DNA of 33,619 nucleotides from Welwitschia mirabilis. Taxonomy: Eukaryota. The number at the start of each line of letters is the position of its first letter. The stretch's first letter is position 1. The translations under genes were made by a program, and so were the position numbers. The stretch is from assembly GCA_051453625.1 (NCBI GenBank), contig JBOZIK010000001.1:18410138-18443756 (forward strand), read 5' to 3'. Below, piece after piece: positions 23,201 to 33,619 of the stretch. The notes beneath the pieces are model-generated. The model was not told where the DNA came from and ran no database searches. It saw nothing but the letters and a program-made list of their open reading frames with translations.

Positions 23201-24300
23201 TAGGTACTCTTATCGAGGCATAAATATTCTTTGTGCACATCAAAGAAGTGTGATAATATTTTGTTGGGCCACCTATGCAAACTTGAGGACCAGCTAGGTC
23301 AACTAGGGGTGCTCAATCATGATTCAGCCAAGTGGAGTACAATACAAAGGATAGGGCACTCAAATTTTGGAGCATAATTGCGCAAAAGGGAAAAAGGAAA
23401 ATCGGACCGCCTTCCGCTTTCCCCAGGCTTGTGACAGTGACCCATAACCAGCTACAACTTCTGAGGTGGGAAAACCAACTGCAGTTGGCTTGTGTACATT
23501 GGTAGTCATCCCTTTCCTGCTATATTCGAAATCAGCCAAGCCAACTCACCTATAGCAGGACTATCCAAAAAGGTCAATGCTCCTCCGGACCCTGTCTAAG
23601 TGCTTCATTAGTAAGGCAAGTCAACACATCATTGCACATGCTGCATGCATCCTGCAGCTTGCTATATTGCATCTCACGCCTTCACGTTCACTAGGTGGGG
23701 AGCACCACCCACCTCCTATAAATGCCGATATGTGGAGTTTCGTAGCACTTACCCATTCTATAGCCAATAGAAAAGGCGCCATGCTAGACACAACCACTAT
23801 CAAGATTTAAAGACCCCACAATGCCATATCAAAGCATAAGTCTGAGCGGATGAAAGCTCTGTTTCACCCCCTTAAGAGCCCCCACTAGAAGAGAAAACAA
23901 TCGCCAACATCAATCTTCTCAAGAGGGAAGCAACGCTCTTTCGCCACCTTCTACTCCCAATATCTACAATCCACCACAAGTGGATAAAACCAACTTAGGA
24001 GAAAGGTTTTATATACCTCTATCCATAACATGCAAAAAGCCCTTTTCACATTCTAAAGCGTCAGCCACAAGGCACTTGTTTCCATGGTCAAGAAGGCCCA
24101 TCGACAGAAAGCTGTTGTCCTCCATCCAAATCAAAATCCAACTGGAGTCAAAGAATTTAAAGAAATTAACGGAACTCGGAGGTTCTTGTGGACAAAATGT
24201 GTAGAAGAATGGTTCTCAAAAAGCATCTACCCACTTGAATGGTTTCTGAATCCTCATTCTACTTGCTGCTAGCCAACCTTTTTAAGTAATATGTTTTCAT
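20230..24300 (+). mobile_element. Near full-length but degenerate L1-type LINE (ORF1, ORF2 with internal RT deletion)
   Basis: ORF1-like IRIPKFLLEFLDE (~20563) and LQVEYRNLPAPCPK (~20760); endonuclease WIVLGDTN (~21530); RT ALRSMKQNKAPKHDG (~22344), EFRPSEVCNVIYRVCAKVL (~22527), CYANDT (~22687, cf. FADD), DVNWDKSKI (~22783), IHLAKWESITKP (~23095), HKWIKPT (~23975). The RT segment with LDxxKAYD and QG appears missing. Ends approximate; 3 N at 22263-22265. Confidence 0.85.
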
Positions 24301-25268
24301 ATTACCTGGGCCATTTACGCCCCAATTTTGTGGGCTTAGATTTCTCCTTGATGTGGCTAATCTATAGAAAATTTCGCCCCCATTTTTGTAAGCTTGTGTA
24401 CAATTCGTATAAACATATAGAACAACCTCATTTTGAAATTTAAAAATGTACATACATGGAGTAAACATGACAAACACTAAATGATAATCAACAGAGGAGG
24501 AGGATTCTATCTTTGTTTACAAAAAAGAAGAGGTAAAGGAGGCAGAAGGAGGAGAGGGGGGAGTGGGGAATATGATTTTGTATTTGAAACAGAATCTAAA
24601 ATAAAAACCTTAATGAATCAATCTTAAAAATAATAAGTTACACAAAGACATTACTTTCTTAATTAAAATTTCATACATAGCAATTTTAACTTAAAACATA
24701 TATATTGCAATAATCACTCCAAAGATGAGAGTATAGAAATCTCCCTTTTTCCTAACATGGTATCAGAACGACCAAAACAAGGGACAAAAGAATTTGACCT
24801 AATGACTTGTTAATAAAAACTATCCAGATAGTCCACTACCTCTGATAAATGGGCTCTGCCAAAATTCATTATCAAGTGCTTGTAACTGCCAGTGACAGTC
24901 ATATACCAAGTTGTGGACTAAAGCTAGTTAACAACATGAAATTGGTCAATTTCTCTTCTAGGAGTCCAACCATTTGATTGTAAATTTAATTTCCATTTCT
25001 TAAACTGTACAAACCAGACGTTTGACGCTTGTTACTTTAAAGTGCATGTTGTGAACATGTTAACTCTAGGCTATGGATGGCCTTTAAGCCCAACTTGTAC
25101 AAAAGAAATATACAGATAAGAAACTTCAAGTTGTACAAAGACCCAGTATGGTACAGCTCTTGCACAATGGACATGTCAAGATAAACTTGTATTTTGTGAA
25201 AGTGTTCTCAAAAATCAAGATACAGAATGCTCATATAGAACTTGCATACAGATCTGTTTGTCTGCATT

Positions 25269-25409
25269 TCATGAAGGTGCCTTCTGTAAATTACGCCATT
25301 TATCTTTCAAATCATGACTACGACGACCATGAAATACATCCTTGCCATCCTCGAATATCAATTTCCATGGAATTTTACCCTTGACTACAGGATACTTCTC
25401 AATGCCCCT
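25269..25409 (-). CDS. TRF-like last coding exon (Myb helices 2-3)
   Basis: tttttgcag|AGG GGC ATT: RGIEKYPVVKGKIPWKLIFEDGKDVFHGRRSHDLKDKWRNLQKAPS*; stop at 25271-25269. Confidence 0.92.
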   Translation of the reverse strand, partial: RGIEKYPVVKGKIPWKLIFEDGKDVFHGRRSHDLKDKWRNLQKAPS

Positions 25410-27574
25410 CTGCAAAAAGAATGGCATTCAGAATGGAATATCCAAATACTTTCGAAAAGAAAACAAGTAGTTTGTGCAAATGGAATATACCATGATAGCC
25501 TCTACTTCTGCTTCTGTCCATGGTTGCTTCTTCCTACGGAGTGTACCACAAGGTATATCAGGAGCTTCGCGATACCTGACAACTTCAACCTTTAAATATA
25601 GTTCCTACAATATAATGCACAGTAAAATCAAAAGCTAAAGATAGAAACATACTCAATACGTGATTTCCGCCTTCGCAACGCATAATCTTGATTCAGGTGT
25701 TTGCCGTCAGAAATTGGATCCTGTTTTGCTACCCTACAATAATTGCTACCAACGTGAATGCATTTACTCATATTCAACGCTTGCACATTCACAGTATCTT
25801 TAGTCTCAGATAACTCTTATCTGAAGGAGCTAAAGCAGCATTTACATCAATTGAAGAAAGATAAATGTGTGAAGATCTGTTTTGCAAATGTGAAATACCA
25901 TTTAATAGCAAACAAATGTAAATTCCATTTTATAAACCACAACAGCATTATGATAGTCCAACAATTAAACATTATTTCATTTGTGATGCAGAAAACTTTG
26001 GGATAATATTAAATCATGGAAAACTGGAAGCCAGTAGACATACTGGATATGCGATTTCCTCCTCTTTTTCAGTCGAACTTGATTTGGGAGTTCCTTTTCA
26101 GAACTTTGCAATTGAACTGCTCCCCTGCACTCTTAGTTATCTATAATATTTAAGACTCGTTCAAGAAAGTTCAAGGAAATTGAATTTCCTTTTTGGTGTA
26201 AAAAAAATCAAAGTATTGTCCATAATTGGATTCACAAAGAAAAAATGTACAGAAAGTCTCTTCCATCAATGTTGCATACCGCATTTCTTTCTTCTGTATC
26301 AACTTAGATTTCTTGTCCAGAACACAATTATTTCCAAAATTAGTGCCATTTGCAAGATCAGTCCCTTTACTGCCCTCCAGTTGAGAAGAGCTTCCATCAT
26401 CACTATTTTCTGTGTCCCTACAAACTTGCAAATTCTCAGTATTCCAGAAAGCAAGCAACCTGTCTTTTGACGTGATTGCTTTTTTCCTTGCCACCTTGTA
26501 AGCTGCAAGAGCTGACTTATAAACACAAACAGGACAAGCAGCTACCTCATTCGTGCTCTGAGGCTGTAGGCACGTGTTATGCATACTAAAGGAACAGCCG
26601 TTGCATGTTGATAACAGCCCCCCTTTGTTGCATTTCAAGCAACGATCCCCTTGAAAAGCTTTTTGTTGAATCAACTCGTCCAACTCCGGTAATTCATCAT
26701 TTTTAAATGAGTCTTTTCCTCTTTCATCCATGTCAAAGTTATCTAACTTTTTTGGTCTGTCTTGTGTCGAGGCATTTGCTTCTGGTAATTGATCATGTTG
26801 TCCTAAAGAAGCCGTGTATCTTTCATCTGTGTTGAAGGTATTAGAGGTAACCAGTCTGTCTTCCATCAATGCATCTTGTTTTGCTAAACTATCATCTTTA
26901 TTTGAGTAGCCTTTATTTTCTTTATCTATTTGAGAAGTGTTTGACTTTTTAGATCTGAATTTGACACGAAATGATACATCTACCTCGTCATCACTAGTAA
27001 CAGATTCCATGCGTCTTTCTGGCTGCTTTTCTTTACTATTTGCAGGAGCATTGGTTGTTTCTTTGTATCCCGTCTCAGATGAAATATGGCCATTCATTTG
27101 TTGAGGCTCTTTCTGCAAATTCTGAACCAAAATGCCAACAGAACCACAGACTCTATCATGACATGCTGCTTCAGGCCCTGCATCAAGCTCGAAATTGTCA
27201 TTTGTGCCATCTTTCTTCTCAATTTCTGAGCCTCTGAGCTTAGGTGACAATGATAGTTTGTCAGGACTCTTCACAACATCAGATGTACCAGCCAATAAAA
27301 ATGCATACTGCTGCAGCAACTCATGAGATGGAAGGTAGATTTTTGCTTCATATATATCATGAACCAGCTGACAACCAAAGCATAATATCCTTAAGCTGAT
27401 AAAATATAAAATCATTTCAAATTACTTTGATTCTGAAATAACAGATTCTAAAAACTTTACCTGATCGAGGAATGATCTGCTAAAATGTGCTTTCTTCATC
27501 CTAACAAAGTTAAGGAGATCATGTTTTAATGCATCAAAAGGATATTTCCCTAGGACAGAGGTGCAATTTTTCTC
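25269..27574 (-). CDS. TRFL10: TRF-like (TRFL10-like) protein with PHD finger and C-terminal telobox Myb domain; 5'-partial, exons 27461-27574, 26280-27367, 26044-26124, 25653-25733, 25491-25575, 25269-25409
   Basis: Six exons joined by GT-AG introns (93, 155, 310, 77, 81 nt) give 1590 nt in frame (529 aa + TGA). PHD-type C4HC3 at ~26641-26525; Myb RRKKQPWTEAEVEAIMRGIEKY..IPWKLIFEDGKDVFHGRRSHDLKDKWRNL. Symbol indicates family resemblance, not proven orthology. Confidence 0.88.
25491..25575 (-). CDS. TRF-like exon (Myb helix 1)
   Basis: ttgtcag|G TAT CGC..ATC ATG|gtatat: YREAPDIPCGTLRRKKQPWTEAEVEAIM. Confidence 0.9.
25653..25733 (-). CDS. TRF-like 81-nt exon B (basic, NLS-like)
   Basis: attgtag|G GTA GCA..ATT GA|gtatgt: VAKQDPISDGKHLNQDYALRRRKSRI(E); phase 2-2. 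Confidence 0.82.
26044..26124 (-). CDS. TRF-like 81-nt exon A (basic, NLS-like)
   Basis: gtgcag|G GGA GCA..ATC CA|gtatgt: GAVQLQSSEKELPNQVRLKKRRKSHI(Q); phase 2-2; weaker polypyrimidine tract. Confidence 0.72.
26280..27367 (-). CDS. TRF-like large exon (disordered region and PHD finger)
   Basis: Core of the 414-aa ORF; ttgtcag|CTG GTT CAT (LVHDIYEAK) to ATG CG|gtatgc; contains CLKC-x8-CNGC-x4-HNTC-x11-CPVC. Confidence 0.92.
27461..27574 (-). CDS. TRF-like exon (N-terminal helical region)
   Basis: gtggcag|GAG AAA..GAT CAG|gtaaag: EKNCTSVLGKYPFDALKHDLLNFVRMKKAHFSRSFLDQ, 38 codons, phase 0-0. Confidence 0.85.
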
Positions 27575-29499
27575 CTGCCACGGAAGAATGCAAATTAACA
27601 TAATAAATCTCTGATTTTCTGTTTGCAGTAACTTTCCAACATTTACAATCAGCATCAAGGAACTGCTGGCTTTTCCTACCAAAAACGTCAACCATTATAA
27701 GAAAGGAATGCTTGTCAATTGAAACCAAACAGATAATATCTGTGTGCCCACCATGTTAATTGCAAATAAGAATAATTCAGTGTGTTGAAATATTAGCTGG
27801 ATTTTTTTAGCTGGAGATTGGTATGAATTTTATGTTTTGAGAAGTGTGCATTTACTTTGTGTGCTGGAATCGTTGTGACATATTATGTTATAGATAATGA
27901 ATACTGCCATAGAAAAACATTGATCCCAAGTAGATGGGGTAATGTTTGATAGTAGTGCATGATGACAATGACAATGATAGTAAAGTGCACTTTTTTTTTT
28001 TTAATAATTTTTGCTTTCCAAGGACATTACTTTTCTTGAAGCCACTGAATCTTTCCTGTGTTCGTCCTGAATCATGAATTGGGAGACCAGTCACTTCATA
28101 CAGGTGGGGGAAAAGTAAGAAATAGAATGCACCATGCCCAGCCAAGAAGATAAATCACAGTGTTTCAAAAAGTCATAATATGCTTTTTGCTAGAATGAAG
28201 CCAAATCTTCATTTTTACAGCATTCCCTTCTGCTCTAAAAGTTGGGCCAAAGTATTTGGCCTTTGCTAATGTTATGATGTTTAGTTTATGTAATGCTTTG
28301 GGGAAGGGACAGTTAAAAGGAAGCGAATGTAATTTTGTAATTTTAACCCTAACGTTCTCATCAAAAGCAATCACAGTAATGAAACAAAAGAAAACAAATG
28401 TAAACAGGAAAAAAATACATAAGAGATTAACAAGGTTTGACCCCTTCAAGCCTACATCCTAGAGAAAGCAGTGCAGAACTTTTGTTAAAAGAAGAAAGCT
28501 TGTGAGTGTAAAAACAGAAGACACATACCCTCCTCAATAGCTTGCAGGATATAGATAGCAAGGAAGTCAAGTAACAAACTAATAAACCCTCAGTAACTCC
28601 TAATCACCATATTCCCCTTTTCTGAATTTACAAATTTAATTTAATAATAACAACCCCATAGTGATTTTACAATCTAACCACCTTTTAAACAAGGTCCACA
28701 TGAAAATATAACAAATAAGGGAATAAAATAGAATTTAGCTTCACATAACAACAAATGGAAGTCTATAAAAGAAAGACTTGTATTAAAGGAATGGCATGCC
28801 TCTGCTGAGGAAGTGATTCTCTGTCATGCTGTAAGCTACTAAGGATGGTTTGTATCCTTGTCTTCTTATTTATAACAAATACTCCACACTGTTTCAAAGA
28901 CGCACAGTAGAAAGACTCAAAATCTCATTAAACTTGTGTATGTTTGCTTGTCGCCCACTTTTCTCTTTTGCTATTTTATTCCTGCTAAAGCTGCATTTTC
29001 ATAATGCTTCTCTGTTCTTGTCCCCCAACAATTACCGAGTCTCTTACAATGAAATTCACGCTAGGTGATGGTTCAGCACTATCCTTGACATTGCAACCTA
29101 AAAGGTACTCCAGTCAAGAATACACAAAAGGGGCAAGGCTAAGGCTATATTGGAAATTCACAATTTATCTGCATGAAACACACATAGAAAATGTAGGTTC
29201 TAGTAGGTTTCTATAACACAGATGAAAACTATCCATAAGTGATAAAATAACCACAACAAATCAAACAAATCTAGTGTTCCCATGGCCTAGACATAACTAC
29301 CTGTTTTCCTAGTGAGGTTCTTTTCCTATTGGTGACAGATTGTATAGATCTCAGCAGCCTGGTTTAGCTTCAACCAAACATAAGAGAGGGCGCCACTGTG
29401 CAATCTGTAAAAAGGCAGAAGAAAGGGAAACAATCTTCACAAATCTTAGTCACCTTCTGGACTTCCTCAAGTAAAGGGCTCTCTCTTCAAACATGAACT

Positions 29500-29900
29500 C
29501 TTGACAATGAGTTGATTATTATTCAGAGGGTAATGATCAATGAAGTCTTTGTCATGGTGCACATGAGGCTTCCTGGAGTAACACTAAGAAAATATATGGA
29601 TTGATCAAAGAAAACAGAAGCAACCTTACATACAACATTCAGGCTTTCCACAGTTTAATTGGTTTTAAATTAATTGTTGAAGAAACAACAGTGGGTCTAT
29701 CATTCCTCTGGAACCAATGCACACTCAATAAAGAATTTTCAAATAGTTCAGCTCAAATCACATAGCAAATTTACCACAGTGGTATCCTGGGTTTCTCTCA
29801 AGACACTTTCTGCTCTATCTGACATTCCACCTATAGCAAAGGAATGAAGTAAAGAAGAGATTTCTCAACACTAGATCAGTGACATTTGATGTATTGAAAC
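29500..29900 (-). mobile_element. Highly decayed LINE RT fragment in TRF-like intron
   Basis: Minus strand EISSLLHSF (~29860) then NLKPIKLW / NVVCKVAS (~29670-29620), cf. FRPISLCNVxYKIIS. Confidence 0.35.
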
Positions 29901-30093
29901 AATAGTGGTTGTCATGCCAAAACATTTATACCATATTGCTCAATAAGATGCAGAATGTATCATTAGAACTGTCATTTCCAACCACATGGCAATCAATTAG
30001 CACCCAACATCTGCCAGAGTTTATTCAGGCTGCACAAAGGATTCAGAATGCCAGAGCTAACTAGTGTACATTCAGGTTGGCACAAGTTACCAT

Positions 30094-30405
30094 TGTTGGG
30101 TATGCGCTCATCATGCTCAGCCTGACAAGTCAGTAAATATAAAGGATTCTAGTTTCCACCTAAGTCATGGCTTTTGGTGTGATAGTAATGGGCCCAACAA
30201 CTGGTATCAGAACCATGGCTGCTGGCTGGCCCCGGGTTCAAGTCTCCCCGATAGCTTCCCAGTTTATGTAAGCACTTGGCATATAGATCGAGGGGAAGAT
30301 TGTTGGGTATGTGCTGCTCATGCCCAGCCCGACAAGTGGGTACATATAAAGGGTCCAGTTTCCACCTAAGTCATGGCTTTTGGTGTGATGGTAATGGGCC
30401 CAACA
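30094..30405 (+). mobile_element. Complete TRIM (terminal-repeat retrotransposon in miniature), 312 bp
   Basis: LTRs 30094-30199 and 30301-30405, each TGTTGGG..CCCAACA; PBS TGGTATCAGA at 30202 (tRNA-iMet type); PPT GAGGGGAAGAT at 30290-30300; TSD ACCAT (30089-30093) / ATCAT (30406-30410). About 11 substitutions and 1 indel between LTRs by eye. Confidence 0.93.
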
Positions 30406-31149
30406 ATCATTTCCTAGTATTACGTTTCACATAATCTATGAAATAATAAGAAAAAATATTCTAAATTTTTTTTATCATGCAAATGGTAAATGAAACAACT
30501 AAATAACTACGTCGCATGTATTAATGGAATTATTGATTATTTTCATGTTCCTCAACATAGAAAACAAGTTTAAACAAAACTTGAATTGTACAGCCTAATT
30601 AGCACTTTTGACTAATTAAGCATACAACACACACTTGCATCTGTTGTTTACAGTTGCCAACTGGGGAAGTTATACTGTAAAACACCTTAAACAAGTTCTT
30701 AGATTGTTAATCATAAAAGCTGTTTGATTAGTGTTCAAAGTTGTTTAAAAGAATATAAAGTCCCAAACAAATTAATGCCTTTACAAATATATATTTAACA
30801 AACAATTAACATGAAAAAATAATAGCTTAGAAAAGTGAAATTCAAGCACTGAATAGAAGATGGGCAAAAACTTTAGAATGCCTAAGATTTGCAAACGCGT
30901 AGGCCTTGGGAAAGTTGACATTATCCAAGAAGAAGTTATCCAAACAAGTACATTAAAACAAAGAAGTTTAGTGGCTAAAATTATGTAGATAATTAATTGA
31001 GTTGGATATAAACACGTACATCCTTCTAGATTTTGGAAAGTATTTCCTAAGCATAAAAGAAGGCCCAAAGTATGGGGCATTAATGGTAGGGAGGAATGAG
31101 GTTCACTACTCTTCTAATTTGTTCACCAAAAATGGATTCATATTACACT

Positions 31150-31528
31150 TGGATTCAAGCCTCTAAATCAAGCAAAGATCAAGATTCTTAAATTAAATCA
31201 GAGTTTATGTGCAACAACTGCAAAAGCAATGAAGTATTAAACAATGAAAGTAGAAAACAACAAGCCACAAGATGCACAGATTTATGTGGTGAAGCCTTTA
31301 GAAGTAGAGGGAAAGAATGGGAGAAGATAGAGTTCTATTACCCATCATGGAAAGGAACTTCTTGTCATACAATGTGCAACGATCTAATGCCTTTAAATAA
31401 GGTTAGGTCTTTAACACAAGCAAAGCTTGAAAACCCTAACTTTCACTAAGCCCTTTAAATAAAGTTAGGTCTTTGACGCGCATAAAGTTAGTTCTTTGAC
31501 GTGAGGCAGGCTTGAAAACCCTAAATCG
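31150..31528. repeat. LTR-like fragment with short internal tandem repeat
   Basis: cctttaaataa.gttaggtcttt..gcttgaaaaccctaa occurs twice (~31390-31439 and ~31452-31524); the preceding cacagatttatgtgg motif is reminiscent of reverse-oriented plant LTRs. Confidence 0.4.
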
Positions 31529-31977
31529 CACCCTCCATTTATTCACATGTCTTGCTTTATATTTTAATATTTAAGTACAACATATAGATGGACTACTAAA
31601 GGCTTACCTTCCTTTACAATGTTAAAGCAATATAATAATTGTAATACACTATAATAAAAGATTTGAATTGAAACCATAACAAAGGTAGCAATACCTCTAG
31701 AGCCTCCTTTTGCATTAAGATCCTATCCAATTACGGAACAATTAAGCTTTCTCACCCTCCATTTATTCACATCTCTTGCTTTATATTGTAACATTTAATT
31801 ACAGCATATAAATGGACTACTAAAGGCTTACCTTCCTTCTCAATGTTACAGCAATAATAGCAACTCTAATACACGCTAGTAAAAGATTTGACTTTAAACC
31901 ATAACAAAAGTAGCAATACCTCAGGAACCTCCTTTTGCATCAACATCTTATCCACTTATGGAACAATCAAGCTTGCT
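31529..31977 (+). repeat. Tandem duplication, period 224 bp
   Basis: caccctccatttattcacat begins at 31529 and 31753; collinear through atggactactaaaggcttaccttcctt to ggaacaat.aagctt. Confidence 0.95.
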
Positions 31978-32499
31978 CAATATTGTCACATTAGCAAATG
32001 AAATTTGCCCCTAATCACACGATTATGTAGAGCTCATCTGTAATAGCTCTCAAGCAATTTAACCAGAAGCCAGGGCATTGAATGTCATGAATAAAGGTTG
32101 GATCAACAACAAGCAAGCTCAAATCCCAAATGCAGTTCCTATCTTGGCTAAGAATACAAACAATAAAGCATGTTACTGTCATGCAATGGTTGTTATTCTC
32201 ACCATAATAATCTAAATGTAGGTTACTTAACTGGCCTAAGATTTTCTTTATATAAGATTAGGAAACAACGTATAAGTCAAATGGGTCTGCACATAATCAG
32301 ATATTTCAATTGAGAATAGTAAGGGTATGGCAAGAAGATGCATTTGTAATAGTGATAATTAAATAACATAGGAGAATAAGAATATGAATAAGAGTATGAA
32401 AGAGCAAATGAATTGTTCTTAAATATAATCATGATTTATAGGCATCATTAGATTCATACAACAAATGTGAGTGATTATGTGAGTATGTTGTGTCCTCTT

Positions 32500-33480
32500 G
32501 GATGCTTGCAAATACAAATACGAACGAGCGATGGAGATCTTATGCATGTGATACAATCTTGGTGATAGCTTCTTCAATAATTGCAGGCTCTTGTAAGATC
32601 AAGGCTAAATCTAAAGGGAAAGCAACAAGATTGCAAAATGAAATGGTAGGCAATGATGTGCAGCAATCTTGCTAATACGCAAAAGGTACTAAATAGAAAC
32701 GTTACAATCTAATTCTATGATCGTATTTGTGAAGCATTATGAAATTATTAAAATTGGGATTCAAAAGATAGAGGCACAATATTAAAAGGTACCTAATCAG
32801 ATGTGAAAGGTCTGATTAGATAGTAAGATAACACAATAGTGAACTGGTTGAGATGAGAGGCTGTTTGGAGGTGAGAAGAATGTGAAGGTTAAGGAACACA
32901 ATCATGTCATCACAATCTATGAGAAGCTCCTAATTTGTAACTGATAACCAGCATTATTGCAATTGAAAGTGGAACTATCAGGTTAATCAGTTCTGTATAA
33001 ATTAGTCTCTGATGAATGAGATCTAATGAGTCATTAATGTCAACTCAAATTTGATTAATTTGATCTAAATATAATTACAAAAATGGATTAAGAAGAAAAT
33101 CGTTAATTCAAGTTTAAGACTTACGTGAATAAAGAGGTTCAAAAATACAGGATGTCTACCACAGGAATGAGAAGCAGTTAATTAAAACCAATCACACGAA
33201 GGAAAGGTTGAGGGAGTCCTAATCTTGATTATATCTTTCAATCATCTGGTACAACAGAGTTTGAGCGAGACTTGTGGTGGAAGAGAAGAAAAAGCTTTGA
33301 TCTCGAAAGGAAGACAAGTAGAGAAATGATGAATATAGACTGACAAACTGAAAGGAAATTTTTCTTCAAGGAAAATGAGTTGTTTAAAAAGTCTCAAATA
33401 AGATTGTTGGCTAATGCTATTAATCTTGACCTTTCCAGATATCAAACCAGAAAAAGAGGTTAGATTGGCAGCACAATAAG
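32500..33480 (-). mobile_element. Decayed Ty1/Copia integrase-to-RT linker fragment
   Basis: Minus strand LISGKVKIN..LIFLEEKFPF (33445-33350, cf. ISRDVxFxExxFPF), then a pyrimidine-rich linker, then LQEPAIIEEAI (~32597-32565, cf. EPxTxxEA). Confidence 0.4.
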
Positions 33481-33588
33481 AAAACTAAACTTGGTCTATC
33501 AAATGATCAATGATTAAATTCTGATCTGTAAAAATCAGGATGGTTGATGTCAAACTAACATGTGTTATGGAGCATGGTTTGCACTTAC

Positions 33589-33619
33589 AGGTAAAACGAG
33601 GTGGAAAACAGTCAAGACC
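33589..33619 (-). CDS. Candidate 3' end of the next upstream TRF-like exon (cut by window edge)
   Basis: Minus strand TTA CCT|gtaagt consensus donor at 33588; phase-0 frame open (VLTVFHLVLP) and compatible with exon 27461-27574, implying a ~6 kb intron. Only 31 nt visible. Confidence 0.35.

Noticed and set aside
26171..27415. 414-aa ORF as a complete single-exon gene
   Set aside because: Both ends are intron read-through; the exon is 26280-27367.
30064..30369. 101-aa ORF with an internal repeat (CWVCAxHAQPDK)
   Set aside because: The repeat is the two TRIM LTRs; it also excludes a CRISPR-like array (two copies with PBS, PPT and TSD).
31431..31525. Two AAACCCTAA telo-boxes as autoregulatory sites for the TRF-like gene
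   Set aside because: Both lie in a duplicated LTR-like fragment, the motif is common in plant repeats, and the protein lacks the Myb extension.

Overview
AT-rich, CpG-depleted eukaryotic DNA, most likely from a repeat-rich land-plant genome (species not determinable), with three N gaps. Two convergent genes have their 3' ends here. (1) The last coding exon (6510-6656, +) of a probable NSE1 gene (SMC5/6 RING subunit); its earlier exons appear to lie before the window. (2) A minus-strand TRF-like gene resembling Arabidopsis TRFL10, with a PHD finger and a C-terminal telobox-type Myb domain (LKDKWRN). Six GT-AG exons between 27574 and 25269 give 529 aa plus stop; the N-terminus lies further right, possibly joining at 33589. 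The rest is decayed L1-type LINEs, Ty1/Copia fragments, tRNA-derived SINE-like remnants and one complete 312-bp TRIM. Best leads: a duplicated 81-nt basic (NLS-like) exon in the TRF-like gene; a GC/CpG-rich island bracketed by a ~210-bp duplication inside a LINE; three independent ~210-224-bp duplications; the TRIM with a B-box-like internal motif; and a possible NLS-removing alternative splice in NSE1. Family calls are from motifs recognised by eye; no searches were run. I cannot demonstrate a new biological system from the sequence alone.
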